Virus record (IMG/VR): IMGVR_UViG_3300032247_000928
Location: 1 to 64,000 of that record
Strand: one strand, 5' to 3'
DNA length: 64,000 nucleotides
Source of the DNA: a virus
Taxonomy: Duplodnaviria > Caudoviricetes
The notes under the pieces are model-generated. The model did not search any database, was not told the DNA's origin, and saw only the letters and a list, made by a program, of their open reading frames with translations. Position 1 is the stretch's first letter; each line of letters begins with the position of its first letter. Shown one piece after another: positions 36,301-45,210 of this stretch. A program made the position numbers and the translations under genes.

Positions 36301-38834
36301 CTTTTACCAACGGCAAGATTTAATTCATCTGAAATTGCAACAACTCTATTATCAAATGTCGTAAATAAACGTTTTAATCCATTTTCTGTTCTTGCAACCA
36401 TCTCTGTAATATTTTTTTCTGCAGCCTGAGAAATTGTTTTTGAATAAGCAATTAACTCTTCTCCAGTCATTTGGCTTGATCCACCAAAGTGACCCGAATG
36501 GTATGTTCCTGGAACATTAACTTGTTTGCCTCTTGAAATTATTGGTTCTGAAATAGAAGGCATATTTCCAGGAACACCTATAGTTGCACCAGACATACCA
36601 CGTCCTGCAATTAAATTATTGACACCTCTATAACTAAAATTACTTCTAGCAGCATTTCCTGGTGCCCCAGTTAGATCTATTTTTGGCTCATATTTTCCAG
36701 TTTTTAATAATGCATTAACAGCTTCTGGATTCTCATTAACAGTTTTTGCATCAATTATTGCTTCTCCATTAGAAGCCATGATAGGAATTGAATCTGAGGT
36801 TCCAGTTCCTTTACCTCTGATAATTCCATTATTTGCAAACTTTTGTCTTTTATTTGGTGGAACCATCATTCCAGGATTTAAACTTGCAAACCTTGATGCT
36901 GCACTGGTTGCTTCTTGATATACTGCTATAAGCCTTTGAAGGGCTTCTGCTTCTACTGTAAATTGTTGAGTAAGAGTTGCATGTGCTTGATTAAGTGAGT
37001 GAGCTGCTGCTGCAGCATCTATTTGCTCACTTGTCATATATTGTGTTTGTTCTCCTAAGTTTTGTGACTGCCCCGTTAATTTTTGATATCCAGTACGTAA
37101 TGTTAAGAAAAGCTTAATAACATTTGCAACACCATTTGCAAGTAAGCCGAATGTCATAAGCAGAATAGGGCCAAGTCCACCAACAGCAACAATCATTAAA
37201 GTAATTGCTTTTTTAGTTCCATCGGAAAGATGTGAAAATCCATTTGCAATTTTTGATACAACATTTACAACTGGAGTTATTGCTTTTAAGAATGCTTCAC
37301 CTACTGGAACAATTGCAAACTTAAGATCTTCAACAGCTTTTTTGAATTTATTCATTGGAGAATCAGCAGTAATATTTAATTCTTTATTTGATAAATATGC
37401 TAAATCTTGAATTGATGTTCCTGCCAACTTAAGTACTTCTGATGCCTGTGTTCCATCTTTTGTAACATTTTGAAATAATGTTGATAAACGGGCAAATTGA
37501 AATTTACCAAACATTGTTTCAATTGCTTGTGCTCTTTGAAGGGGAGCAAGCGTATCAAGTGCCATTGCAAAATCAATAACAGTTTTCTTTAAATCACCCT
37601 TGTCTTTTTGTACAATCCCTAAAATATCAACCCCAAGCCCTTTAAGCATTGTTCTTGCTTTAGTACTTGGATTAATCAAAGATGCAAGACCAGACTTAAG
37701 TGCGTTAGCACCTTCTGCTGCATTAACACCTCCTTGTTTCATTGCTGTAAGGAAGAATGCTAAGTCTTTTACATTACCACCAAGTTGTTTAATAATTGGG
37801 GCAACTTTTGGAATTGCAGTTGTTACGTCATCAAGAGTTAAAACTGTTTGGTTTTCTACTGCGTTAAGAAAATCAATAGTACTAGTTAGATCAGCACTTG
37901 AAATACCAAAAGCATTTTGTAGTGAAATTGTTGTTTGTAATGCTTTTTGATTATCAATTTGACCAAGAATAGAAAGTCTTGTTGCTTCTGTTGTTTGACG
38001 CTGTAAATCTAAACCTTTAAATCCTGCTGCTGCAGCATCTGCTGCAAGACCTACAGTATCTGATACTGCAACACCATATTTTGTAAATTCTTTTCCAAGT
38101 TCTTTAATATTAGCAAGCGCTTGTTGTGTTTCTGCTTGTGGGGTAAAAATATCTCCATAAACTTTTTTAAATTTAAGTGCTTGAGCTTCCATTTGCATAA
38201 ATGTTTTAGATGCAGCAGAACCAACTGCAATAAGAGGAAGAGTAAATCCAACCATAAGCTGACGTCCAGCCCACTGTGTATTTTTACCAAAATTTAAAAG
38301 GTTTGTAGAACCTTGTTTCATCAACTGATTAAATAATGCTTGTTTTTGTGCAGCAATCTGAGTTTGTGTTGCAAAACTACTCATATCTAATTGATTTGGA
38401 GTAATAGCAATAGCCTTCATAGCTCCAGATGCATCACGACCCATTTTAATATACTGAGTTTGTAGCTTTTTTACACGGTCTTCTGCTACCTTACCAATTG
38501 TGTCATATTCTGATTTAAATAATTGACCAAATGTTTTTGTTGATGCCCCCGCATAGCGGAAGTATTCTCGCATTGAAAACTTATTCTTTTCAAGAGAACT
38601 TGTAAATGACTCTGATGTTGTTTTTACAGTTCGGAACTCTGCAGAGAAAGCTCCAATAGAACTTATACTATTAAGAAAATTTCTCTGCAGATCCCTTTGA
38701 GCAAGTGCTGCTGCTTCGCTAGATTTAGCGACTGAAGTATGAAATAACGATATCTGACGTTGTAAGGACTTAAGTTGGTCTAATGCTGCAGACGTATTAA
38801 TATTTACGCCAATATTAGCATTTACATCAGACAT
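33321..38834 (-). CDS. Tape measure protein
   Basis: 1837 aa, Ala/Gly/Leu-rich helical, TP901-type core (AIPKVAPIIKQLGG..KDLAFFLTAMKQGGVNAAEGANALKSGL); follows the tail chaperones. Confidence 0.95.
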   Translation of the reverse strand: MSDVNANIGVNINTSAALDQLKSLQRQISLFHTSVAKSSEAAALAQRDLQRNFLNSISSIGAFSAEFRTVKTTSESFTSSLEKNKFSMREYFRYAGASTKTFGQLFKSEYDTIGKVAEDRVKKLQTQYIKMGRDASGAMKAIAITPNQLDMSSFATQTQIAAQKQALFNQLMKQGSTNLLNFGKNTQWAGRQLMVGFTLPLIAVGSAASKTFMQMEAQALKFKKVYGDIFTPQAETQQALANIKELGKEFTKYGVAVSDTVGLAADAAAAGFKGLDLQRQTTEATRLSILGQIDNQKALQTTISLQNAFGISSADLTSTIDFLNAVENQTVLTLDDVTTAIPKVAPIIKQLGGNVKDLAFFLTAMKQGGVNAAEGANALKSGLASLINPSTKARTMLKGLGVDILGIVQKDKGDLKKTVIDFAMALDTLAPLQRAQAIETMFGKFQFARLSTLFQNVTKDGTQASEVLKLAGTSIQDLAYLSNKELNITADSPMNKFKKAVEDLKFAIVPVGEAFLKAITPVVNVVSKIANGFSHLSDGTKKAITLMIVAVGGLGPILLMTFGLLANGVANVIKLFLTLRTGYQKLTGQSQNLGEQTQYMTSEQIDAAAAAHSLNQAHATLTQQFTVEAEALQRLIAVYQEATSAASRFASLNPGMMVPPNKRQKFANNGIIRGKGTGTSDSIPIMASNGEAIIDAKTVNENPEAVNALLKTGKYEPKIDLTGAPGNAARSNFSYRGVNNLIAGRGMSGATIGVPGNMPSISEPIISRGKQVNVPGTYHSGHFGGSSQMTGEELIAYSKTISQAAEKNITEMVARTENGLKRLFTTFDNRVVAISDELNLAVGKSGSGQTAPIALAKRDLITRGSVAHPELVDQLKQAGVPIEQIKTTVAKVTTEIENGFTKLGDVAVVTADDLDKIIKEAYIAVSKTDKNVETAYAKMQRVTAVADVEARGGKQNRISLGKSYKDKRSTYGIGMQEVANGSVPYSTTGAFQINDAMAAEAQKTKEFLAITYKQLSDEVKIKLSLIKDDVKLFTKTLMEEAKLAGIAGFEVGDQAIKGIAEGTDSHSDSKKAIVQGKNVINGFVNAIKGGEKNATVAGEQLGNAGITGIQNATQSGRRVAIRAQGAPLSQVSAQLVSAPQTEEEIKKFSNSLKETSPKLLKMNNALQGGSFALMGLSGVAQMFGGTLGNISSVIFNVSGALFALQTITQLLTQAKLLEVVATRANTVAQAMGATAFKTLFVGVASWGARLLTAGRFALNFLGPWGKLAAIAITIGVSLFAYNKAQQAAKEKTEAFSNALVTTTDQLKSLGDYFGTQPAISALEKKTGFAPGTAAQISAADKFRESDSFKKYGTPTVKALKNLNDTQATQVLNAKMFELLGAGFSKDQIQIIIQAIQQEAKRTDLKIDFGNINLDKLPADILKDFEKESKKFKTGAWIQTVLGTKQERDKAMVPFKSEAGIINKYLNGISSALVSGQINGKQFNTMFDSLVVSLQKMPDQSNAIILLDTALKAMAPDVARAAIGVKDFKDKLLLLRAASVGLGDQISKEMIKALSYSGVDPILNDIKGRTQADITAMIEKQTKELVAAQKAALSAAGGTTPGGADVLSKQSKLAIANMQKELDLLKTKRDVINGTNDDLKRQYDYQQKLMQLQSDATQAKISGNYIGAAIIGAQKSFETSQFNKTTDAQVLDDKIKTLENEISAIQATNKVTAAQAALAKAKGKATGGLIQGPGTGISDSIMARFAGGGLPQLTVSNGEYIVQAKAVQNYGVGFMDAINNQKVSAINSNTSSTSGDTVYNVNMTVNGGNANASDIADQVIRRLKVETSKINKSNMVRM

Positions 38835-38859
38835 GTATCACCTCTTTTAAGTTTTATTT

Positions 38860-39174
38860 TTATGCAAGAATGTCTGCTACAGAACCAAGTTCAATACCTG
38901 ATGCTGCTTCAACAATCTTATATACAGTTGGAAGATCAAGAATCTCTTCTAATGCATCTAAGTCGTTAGCCAGTTCTGGCTTATACTGCTTCATAGCAAT
39001 CTGTACGCATTCAATTAAAAGAGTCATTGACTTTTCATTGTTGTCTGCCACCGCTGCCACACCTTCAAACTTCTTCATAAATGGGCGAAGTAGAGAAATT
39101 TTGAGAGGTCTAACCTCAATCTCTGTCCCATCAATGAGCGTAAGTTTGTTACTCTCATGTACTATTGTTGCCAT
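38860..39174 (-). CDS. Tail assembly chaperone, short (G-like) form
   Basis: Between major tail and tape measure; LIDGTEIEVRPLKI...LLIECVQIAMKQY; own promoter TGCTATAAT at 39200-39208 and SD AGGAGG. Confidence 0.78.
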   Translation of the reverse strand: MATIVHESNKLTLIDGTEIEVRPLKISLLRPFMKKFEGVAAVADNNEKSMTLLIECVQIAMKQYKPELANDLDALEEILDLPTVYKIVEAASGIELGSVADILA

Positions 39175-39200
39175 TGTTCCTCCTATATAGGCTATGTCAA

Positions 39201-39911
39201 TTATAGCATAGCGGAGGGGTCTCTAACGTCTTCATAATCAAGTCCCATACCAATACCAAACCCTACCTTTTCTGCATTAATGCCTTGTAATGCAAGAACA
39301 TCATTACTATCAGATGTGGCACCTCCACTGAAGACTCTTGCTTTCATGTCTTCCCATTCTTTTTGACCTTTATCGTTATCGTTTTCTGCATCTAGGTCAA
39401 CTCCTTGAATGGCTGCTAAAAATTTTTTTTCTTCATAATCTAATTCTCTTTTACTCGCTAAAGTTGCCATAAGTTCTGGCATAGATATAGATATTTCTAA
39501 TTGATAATAATCTTTCCATATGCCCAATAAAAATACTTCTGATTCTAATTTTGCTAAATCTAATGTATCCCAAGTGATAACATTTTCACTTGCTTGTGTT
39601 TTTACTGGTTCTTCTGATGTGGCTTTTATTTTTATTCCTGCTGCAATATCTAGGGTTTCATATATATTAGGCAAATCAATATTATTTTCAATATCCTCAA
39701 TACTTCCAGAAATTGATGGGCAATATTGTTTCATTGCTATTCTTACACATTCTACCAAAAGGCCAATTGCTTCATCATCATTTTCTGCAGTTTGAACAAT
39801 TTGAAAAGCATCCATAAACTCACGAAGATACTTTATTTTTAAAGGCATTGCCTCTAATTCAGTTCCGTCAATAAGTTTAATTATTTTATTATTATAAACA
39901 GTTGTAGCCAT
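39201..39911 (-). CDS. Tail assembly chaperone, long (GT-like) form
   Basis: N-terminal ~105 aa is homologous to 38860-39174 (LIDGTELEAMPLKI...LLVECVRIAMKQY), plus a C-terminal WDTLDLAKLESEVFLLGIW domain. Start ATG 39911, 8 nt after TGCTAAAAT. Confidence 0.75.
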   Translation of the reverse strand: MATTVYNNKIIKLIDGTELEAMPLKIKYLREFMDAFQIVQTAENDDEAIGLLVECVRIAMKQYCPSISGSIEDIENNIDLPNIYETLDIAAGIKIKATSEEPVKTQASENVITWDTLDLAKLESEVFLLGIWKDYYQLEISISMPELMATLASKRELDYEEKKFLAAIQGVDLDAENDNDKGQKEWEDMKARVFSGGATSDSNDVLALQGINAEKVGFGIGMGLDYEDVRDPSAML

Positions 39912-39944
39912 ATTATTCAATTTTAGCACATAGAAACAACAAAA

Positions 39945-39965
39945 CCCACTATTTTTAATAGTGGG
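39945..39965 (-). terminator. Intrinsic terminator after the major tail gene
   Basis: CCCACTATT-AAA-AATAGTGGG followed by TTTTGTT on the minus strand. Confidence 0.8.
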
Positions 39966-39988
39966 CTAAGTCGTATAATTATATTAAA

Positions 39989-40627
39989 TTATGATGCTAT
40001 TGTATGTGTACGATCTACGATCTTACCATATGAGCCTGAGACGTCTTCTGGTAGAAGACGGAAATTAACAGCAAACTCTGATGCCGCATCACGCTTTGCC
40101 ATTACTGACACATTATCAATTGACAATGCACGGTATGCAGTATAAACACGTTCTACTGTTGTAGAATTAATGCAATCACCAGTACCTGGACCAATTGCAA
40201 CAATTCCACGTTCTACTGGACATTCACCAATATCTCCTGCTGAAAGATCAAGTGCACGGCCAGCCGAAGATGACTTTGTGCCTGAAATCTTTGAATCCTT
40301 ATATGCAAGTGCAAGAAGAAGGTTTTCTAGTGTTGCTTCTGCAAAAGAAGTTTTTAGATCAACCTTCATACCTTGCTTATAAAGTTTTGCAACGTCAAGA
40401 ATTTGATCAACCGAAACTTCACCGAAGGTTGGTTGAAACATTAATTCAAGGCCGTTTGTTGTGTAGCCTACGTTTGTGTAATCTACGTCATTTGTAAGGG
40501 TATCCTTAAAAGACTTAGTAGATTCAAATGCTGTAAGGCTTGCTGCATCAAGAGTTGTGTCTGCAACAAAAAGTGCTGCTGCACCAACGATAATGTTGGT
40601 TGATGTACCACGACTATAATTAGCCAT
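39989..40627 (-). CDS. Major tail (tube) protein
   Basis: NIIVGAAALF...VGYTTNGLELMFQP...VDQILD..K...KTSFAEATLENL; strong SD GAGGTGA; followed by terminator and chaperones. No sheath gene seen. Confidence 0.88.
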   Translation of the reverse strand: MANYSRGTSTNIIVGAAALFVADTTLDAASLTAFESTKSFKDTLTNDVDYTNVGYTTNGLELMFQPTFGEVSVDQILDVAKLYKQGMKVDLKTSFAEATLENLLLALAYKDSKISGTKSSSAGRALDLSAGDIGECPVERGIVAIGPGTGDCINSTTVERVYTAYRALSIDNVSVMAKRDAASEFAVNFRLLPEDVSGSYGKIVDRTHTIAS

Positions 40628-40692
40628 ATTTTCACCTCTTTTTTCTAAATAGGGTTATTAAATTGTTTTTGGCGCTGTGTTTCCTCAAACTC

Positions 40693-40701
40693 AGTATAAC
40701 A
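40693..40701 (-). promoter_or_regulatory. Extended -10 promoter (TGTTATACT) for the major tail gene
   Basis: Consensus match in the intergenic gap. Confidence 0.6.
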
Positions 40702-40707
40702 GCATTT

Positions 40708-41241
40708 TTAATTATATAAAGATGTTGTAGCGTGATAGTCATACTCAATAATGATCTTGCCACGCCAGTTAAATTTCACTGACCCTAGTTTTAGGATATC
40801 GGCTGTTTGGTCAATCTGAAATACCCTAAAAGCATGAAAAAATACATTAAGAGCAGGGAGTTTATCTTTATTTTGACTAAGCCATGTATTTACATCTTGG
40901 CCTGCTGCATCTTCACGGTCTAAAGCTTCAATGATTACCCTTGAAATATCAAGGCCTTTTGCACTATCTGCTGCATGTATTGTATAAACTAATTGCTCTC
41001 TTTTATTCCAATATGTAGTATCAGACCCATATCTAATTAATCTATCATATGCTATTAAAAAAGCATCCCCAGTAACGGTAATTTCGTCATATAGGTCATC
41101 AATATTTGTTGCCTGTACTGGGATTATTGGCTCAATGCCTTCAATTCCCGTGACAAGGTCAAAAGTTTTTAATTGATCAATAATGTATTTATTAATAAAA
41201 ACTGGTGGAAATACTGTTTGTAATGCTACGCTCTCTGCCAT
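40708..41241 (-). CDS. Tail terminator/completion protein
   Basis: Directly upstream of major tail; size and beta-strand pattern fit. Assignment is positional. Confidence 0.6.
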   Translation of the reverse strand: MAESVALQTVFPPVFINKYIIDQLKTFDLVTGIEGIEPIIPVQATNIDDLYDEITVTGDAFLIAYDRLIRYGSDTTYWNKREQLVYTIHAADSAKGLDISRVIIEALDREDAAGQDVNTWLSQNKDKLPALNVFFHAFRVFQIDQTADILKLGSVKFNWRGKIIIEYDYHATTSLYN

Positions 41242-41245
41242 AATA

Positions 41246-41923
41246 TTATGCTACTCCAATTTTTGCGTTTGCTATCCATTTAAAGCCAGTTTCAACTCCA
41301 ACTGATTTTCCAGCTTTTGATCCTGCAGTAAAATTTTTCTTATAAATTATTGGATTTTTAATATAATTATATATTCCAGATGATTTTAAAAATGATTGTT
41401 TAAAATATATATTAAAAAATTCATCAACTATTTTTTGAAAAGATCCTTGAACTGCTTTTCCTCCTGGGTTTTCAACTGTAATTTCTTTTTCTGTAAATAT
41501 GGTTTCTCCATCAATTTCAAATACAAGTTTATTTCCTTTTTTAGGAGAAATTGTTACTGGAATTCCTTCTTCCATAATTTTTGCTTTATCATAGAATGGT
41601 GTATTTGATCCATTAGAAACAGTTTGTGATTGACTGAATGTTGATTTAAAAGATAGTCCAATATTGCTTACAGTGTAATTAAAATTATATAATCTTGCGC
41701 TTGGACTTCCAGTTTGATACCATTCATAAATATGATGAAGTGCTTTTGGATTTGATCTTGCTTCTGCATCAACATATTGTTTTAATACCTCAATAACGCC
41801 AATACCGAGATTATTTAAAAATACAGTTTTACCTTTTTCTACTCCATCTAAAAATCCGATTGAATATTCATAAATATTAAAAAGTTTTTTTTCAAATTCT
41901 TTTGTATTAAGTGTTATTTGCAT
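41246..41923 (-). CDS. Neck/tail-completion protein (HK97 gp10-like position)
   Basis: Position in the head-tail joining block. Confidence 0.55.
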   Translation of the reverse strand: MQITLNTKEFEKKLFNIYEYSIGFLDGVEKGKTVFLNNLGIGVIEVLKQYVDAEARSNPKALHHIYEWYQTGSPSARLYNFNYTVSNIGLSFKSTFSQSQTVSNGSNTPFYDKAKIMEEGIPVTISPKKGNKLVFEIDGETIFTEKEITVENPGGKAVQGSFQKIVDEFFNIYFKQSFLKSSGIYNYIKNPIIYKKNFTAGSKAGKSVGVETGFKWIANAKIGVA

Positions 41924-42387
41924 TATCCACCAACTGTTTGATTTTCTGATCTACGCCAAAGCATATAATAAAACTCAACTGTTTGAAGTCCACCAATAAA
42001 TGGCTCAAGAGTTGATATTTCAAAGATTGTTCCTTTTCCGCTTCTAACTCCTGCTGTTTCTCTATAGATTAATTTATCTCCTGGAAATCTTACATTTTCT
42101 ATTAGAATATTAGTTAAATTATTATTTTCGCCTTTTGTTGAAGTTCTTACATCAACTTTAGATCTTGTTTTTAATTTTCCATCTAATTGAAGAAATACTT
42201 CGGGAGCTAGTTCTTCTTGAAGTCTGACTGTAAATGGTTGGGCGTTGCAAGCAATTGTTCTATCAAATACCCATTCTTTTACTGCTTTTCCATATTCGTC
42301 TTGGCTAATTATTGCATAGTAAACATCAGCAAGCATTGGAAACATAAAATCTGTTGTATCACAGGAATTTGATGATGCTCCATACAT
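41923..42387 (-). CDS. Head-closure (stopper) protein
   Basis: ADVYYA.ISQDEYG...EWVFDRTI pattern; position. Confidence 0.62.
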   Translation of the reverse strand: MYGASSNSCDTTDFMFPMLADVYYAIISQDEYGKAVKEWVFDRTIACNAQPFTVRLQEELAPEVFLQLDGKLKTRSKVDVRTSTKGENNNLTNILIENVRFPGDKLIYRETAGVRSGKGTIFEISTLEPFIGGLQTVEFYYMLWRRSENQTVGG

Positions 42388-43373
42388 TACAACATCCCTG
42401 GGGTGCGTAGATTTGTTATGTACTTATCAAGGATAATATCAACCATAATATTTCCAGTACCAAAGAATTTAGATGGATCATATTTTAAAGTAAACTGATC
42501 TGTTTGATATTCAGCAATATATGCTTTATAATGATCCATTTTTCCACATTTAATATCTTCAATCATCATTCCTACTGCATCACGCACATCATTTGGAATA
42601 ACTTTATACCCTGCATCATAGACAAAAATATAATCAAATCCTTCTGGGAATGAAACAGCAGGATTACGTGTATTAATCCACATATTATCAAAATTTTCAT
42701 ATGGAGCATATGTATAAAATGAATCTGATCCAGCGTCTCTATATTTTAGGGGTTTGCGCTCATTACGATTCTTTGGTTCATACTGACTTGTATCTGTAGG
42801 TACCTTAACAATTGATGTTCTATCTTTTGTAATAATATAATCAAACCCTGCAAGGGCTGGTCCATTAACTATATCTGTAATGTCGTATACCAATACGCCA
42901 TTCTCATAAACCTGATCAATCTTATAAATTGTTTCCCAGACTGGCATGTAGTCTGTGCCTTGACCAACTACCTCAAGGACTTTCTTTTTAAAAGTAAAAC
43001 CACGAGTAATTAATGAATCAACTATTGCTCTTGCAATACGTTCATTATATGTTGCTTCTGCAATTTCTGTTGCAGTTGTTCCTAAAGTTTTTGGGTCTAC
43101 ATATGGTCTAATTATGCTAAGAATATCTTGAACTAAAATATGCTCTTCTGGGTTATCATTAATTTCATAAATTTGAACTGAATAATCATGATCATAAGTG
43201 ATGAAGTCACCAGTTAAAGTAAAAGTAACTTGTGAATTTTCATCTGATGTTAGGGTTACTGATGCTTCAATTGTTCTTGGAGCATTTTCAATTGTAAATA
43301 AATAATCTGTATGTGGCATTGGAACATCATACTTAACATCAATTGGATATGGTGGGAGTCTAAGAATGATCAT
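42387..43373 (-). CDS. Head-tail adaptor protein
   Basis: C-terminal YDAGYKVIPNDVRDAVGMMIEDI adaptor-type motif; position after the capsid genes. Confidence 0.65.
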   Translation of the reverse strand: MIILRLPPYPIDVKYDVPMPHTDYLFTIENAPRTIEASVTLTSDENSQVTFTLTGDFITYDHDYSVQIYEINDNPEEHILVQDILSIIRPYVDPKTLGTTATEIAEATYNERIARAIVDSLITRGFTFKKKVLEVVGQGTDYMPVWETIYKIDQVYENGVLVYDITDIVNGPALAGFDYIITKDRTSIVKVPTDTSQYEPKNRNERKPLKYRDAGSDSFYTYAPYENFDNMWINTRNPAVSFPEGFDYIFVYDAGYKVIPNDVRDAVGMMIEDIKCGKMDHYKAYIAEYQTDQFTLKYDPSKFFGTGNIMVDIILDKYITNLRTPGML

Positions 43374-43375
43374 TA

Positions 43376-43717
43376 TTATTTCCCGTAGTGTTTTGCTACC
43401 TCTTGGGGTGTCGCTGTGCGAACCTTATCGTGGGTAAGCCACTTTTCGGAAACCTCCTTGGTTACAATGTTATAGCCTTTTACAACTTCTCCAACACCGT
43501 TCCAGAAGATATTACGCTCTGAAAATAGTGCTACTTTTTCTTCTACAGGCTTTACAATTTTTGGTACTGCTATTGATTCTTCTTTTGGTGTCCAACTAGC
43601 AATTACCTCAAGCATATGAGCCTTTGTTTTTACCCCAAATAAATCAATATTATTTTTCTTTGCATAAGACTTTATTTCCATAACAGTCTTTTTAGACAAA
43701 TCTTCAATAATAGACAT
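43376..43717 (-). CDS. Hypothetical protein (Rho-N-like helical N-terminus)
   Basis: LSKKTVMEIKSYAKKNNIDL..VKTKAHMLEVI; SD AGGAGG; promoter TGGTATAAT at 43734-43742. Confidence 0.7.
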   Translation of the reverse strand: MSIIEDLSKKTVMEIKSYAKKNNIDLFGVKTKAHMLEVIASWTPKEESIAVPKIVKPVEEKVALFSERNIFWNGVGEVVKGYNIVTKEVSEKWLTHDKVRTATPQEVAKHYGK

Positions 43718-43745
43718 TAGTTCCTCCTATGTCATTATACCAGAA

Positions 43746-44003
43746 TTAGCGGGTTCTTCTTCTATATGTTGAACTATAACTTCTAAAATTATTTTGTGAT
43801 GGCAAACGAATTCCGTTTGGTGTTCCAGATGGATTAACTGCATTTGGTCCTGACGTATCACCCATATTTGGTTCTCCAAGTGTTCCCATTGTATTAACTT
43901 GTAAACCACCTGGTCCCATAACAATTACTCCTGGATTTCCAAGTGTAACAATTGCACCCTCAGCAATATGAGTGTGTCCTTCTGGTGTTCCTGGATATGA
44001 CAT
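43746..44003 (-). CDS. Small protein homologous to the N-terminal arm of the major capsid protein
   Basis: YPGTPEGHTHIAEG / GPNAVNPSGTPNGIRLPSQ against capsid YPGTTQGHTHTGEG / GPNGVNPVGTPGGILLPEQ; SD AAGGAG. Confidence 0.82.
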   Translation of the reverse strand: MSYPGTPEGHTHIAEGAIVTLGNPGVIVMGPGGLQVNTMGTLGEPNMGDTSGPNAVNPSGTPNGIRLPSQNNFRSYSSTYRRRTR

Positions 44004-44027
44004 TATTACTCCTTATTAATGACTAAA

Positions 44028-44051
44028 GGGGACGGATTTTATACCGTCCCC
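44028..44051 (-). terminator. Terminator/attenuator after the major capsid gene
   Basis: GGGGACGG-TATAAAAT-CCGTCCCC with only TTT following, so possibly leaky. Confidence 0.7.
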
Positions 44052-44070
44052 CAAGTCAATCGTTTAGCGA

Positions 44071-45183
44071 TTATGAGTTGTTTGCTGCTGTTGCAAATGC
44101 AACTGCGTCAAGTTCTTCCCACTGAATACCAAAGCGGACGAATACTGTGTATTCAATTGTGTCCTTCTTTGGCTGGTAGAAACGGTTTACAGTGATATCA
44201 CGCTGGAATCCCCATACACGGTTCTGAGGGAATGTAAGATCTACATAACCTGCAGGGTAGTAAGGAACTTCCTGAACTTCAACACCGAGAACACGAGTTG
44301 TACGTGCTCCACCAAATGTCTGAGCGTTACCGTCGTAGTATGCCTGACGATTAGCCTCAGTACCACCAAGACGTGGCGTAAATGCTTCTGCAATTGCATC
44401 TGCAAGTGTACCGTTATTCTTGACAATACCTTGGAATGCATCTGTACCAGCATAGAACTTAAGATTGTTCTTGATTGCACGATACTTACGTGGCATTGCG
44501 AGGATGATATTTTGAAGTACTGGTGTAGTCCAGTTGTTATCAGCAACTGTTACGTATGACTCGTGTGAGTCTCCGCCCTGTGCCTTTGAAACGAAGCCTT
44601 CCATGATTGAAAGGAAGTTTCCTGTTGAACCGTCACCGTTGATCGCAAGATCTTCAATGTCGTTTGCAAAAGCAGTTGTCATCAAACGTACTAGATGATC
44701 TTCAAGAGCTCCACCTTCTACGTTATCTTCTAGTGCTTCTGTTGATACTTCCCAGTCCAGACGAATCTTCTTAGTAGTCAATTCAACCTTTGAGAAAGTT
44801 GCGCCTGCATTTGTAAATGTAGGGTCTGCTTGTGCTGCTGCACGAATTACACGCTCACCAACGTTAACTTTTTCAAGTTCCATTGTGTTGGCTCTCATAG
44901 TAACTCTACGTCCATCCTTAGCGAGAACTGTAGCATCCCACACATAATCAATGAAGCGACGTGCTTGTTCAGGCAATAGAATACCGCCTGGAGTACCTAC
45001 TGGATTAACTCCATTAGGACCTTCAGTTCCGTAATTTGCACCTGCAATGTTACCCATAACGCCAAGACGACCATTAGCAATGGCTGCTGCGTTACCAGTA
45101 GAGCCAGATGCTACTGAGCCCTCACCTGTATGAGTGTGGCCCTGTGTTGTACCTGGATAGTTTTTTACGATATCTTCTGACAT
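44071..45183 (-). CDS. Major capsid protein (HK97 fold)
   Basis: GGILLPEQARRFIDYV, ELTTKKIRLDWEVSTEALEDN, NDIEDLAINGDG; SD AGGAGGTGA before ATG 45183. Confidence 0.95.
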   Translation of the reverse strand: MSEDIVKNYPGTTQGHTHTGEGSVASGSTGNAAAIANGRLGVMGNIAGANYGTEGPNGVNPVGTPGGILLPEQARRFIDYVWDATVLAKDGRRVTMRANTMELEKVNVGERVIRAAAQADPTFTNAGATFSKVELTTKKIRLDWEVSTEALEDNVEGGALEDHLVRLMTTAFANDIEDLAINGDGSTGNFLSIMEGFVSKAQGGDSHESYVTVADNNWTTPVLQNIILAMPRKYRAIKNNLKFYAGTDAFQGIVKNNGTLADAIAEAFTPRLGGTEANRQAYYDGNAQTFGGARTTRVLGVEVQEVPYYPAGYVDLTFPQNRVWGFQRDITVNRFYQPKKDTIEYTVFVRFGIQWEELDAVAFATAANNS

Positions 45184-45210
45184 ATTGTTCACCTCCTAGT
45201 GATTTTTATG

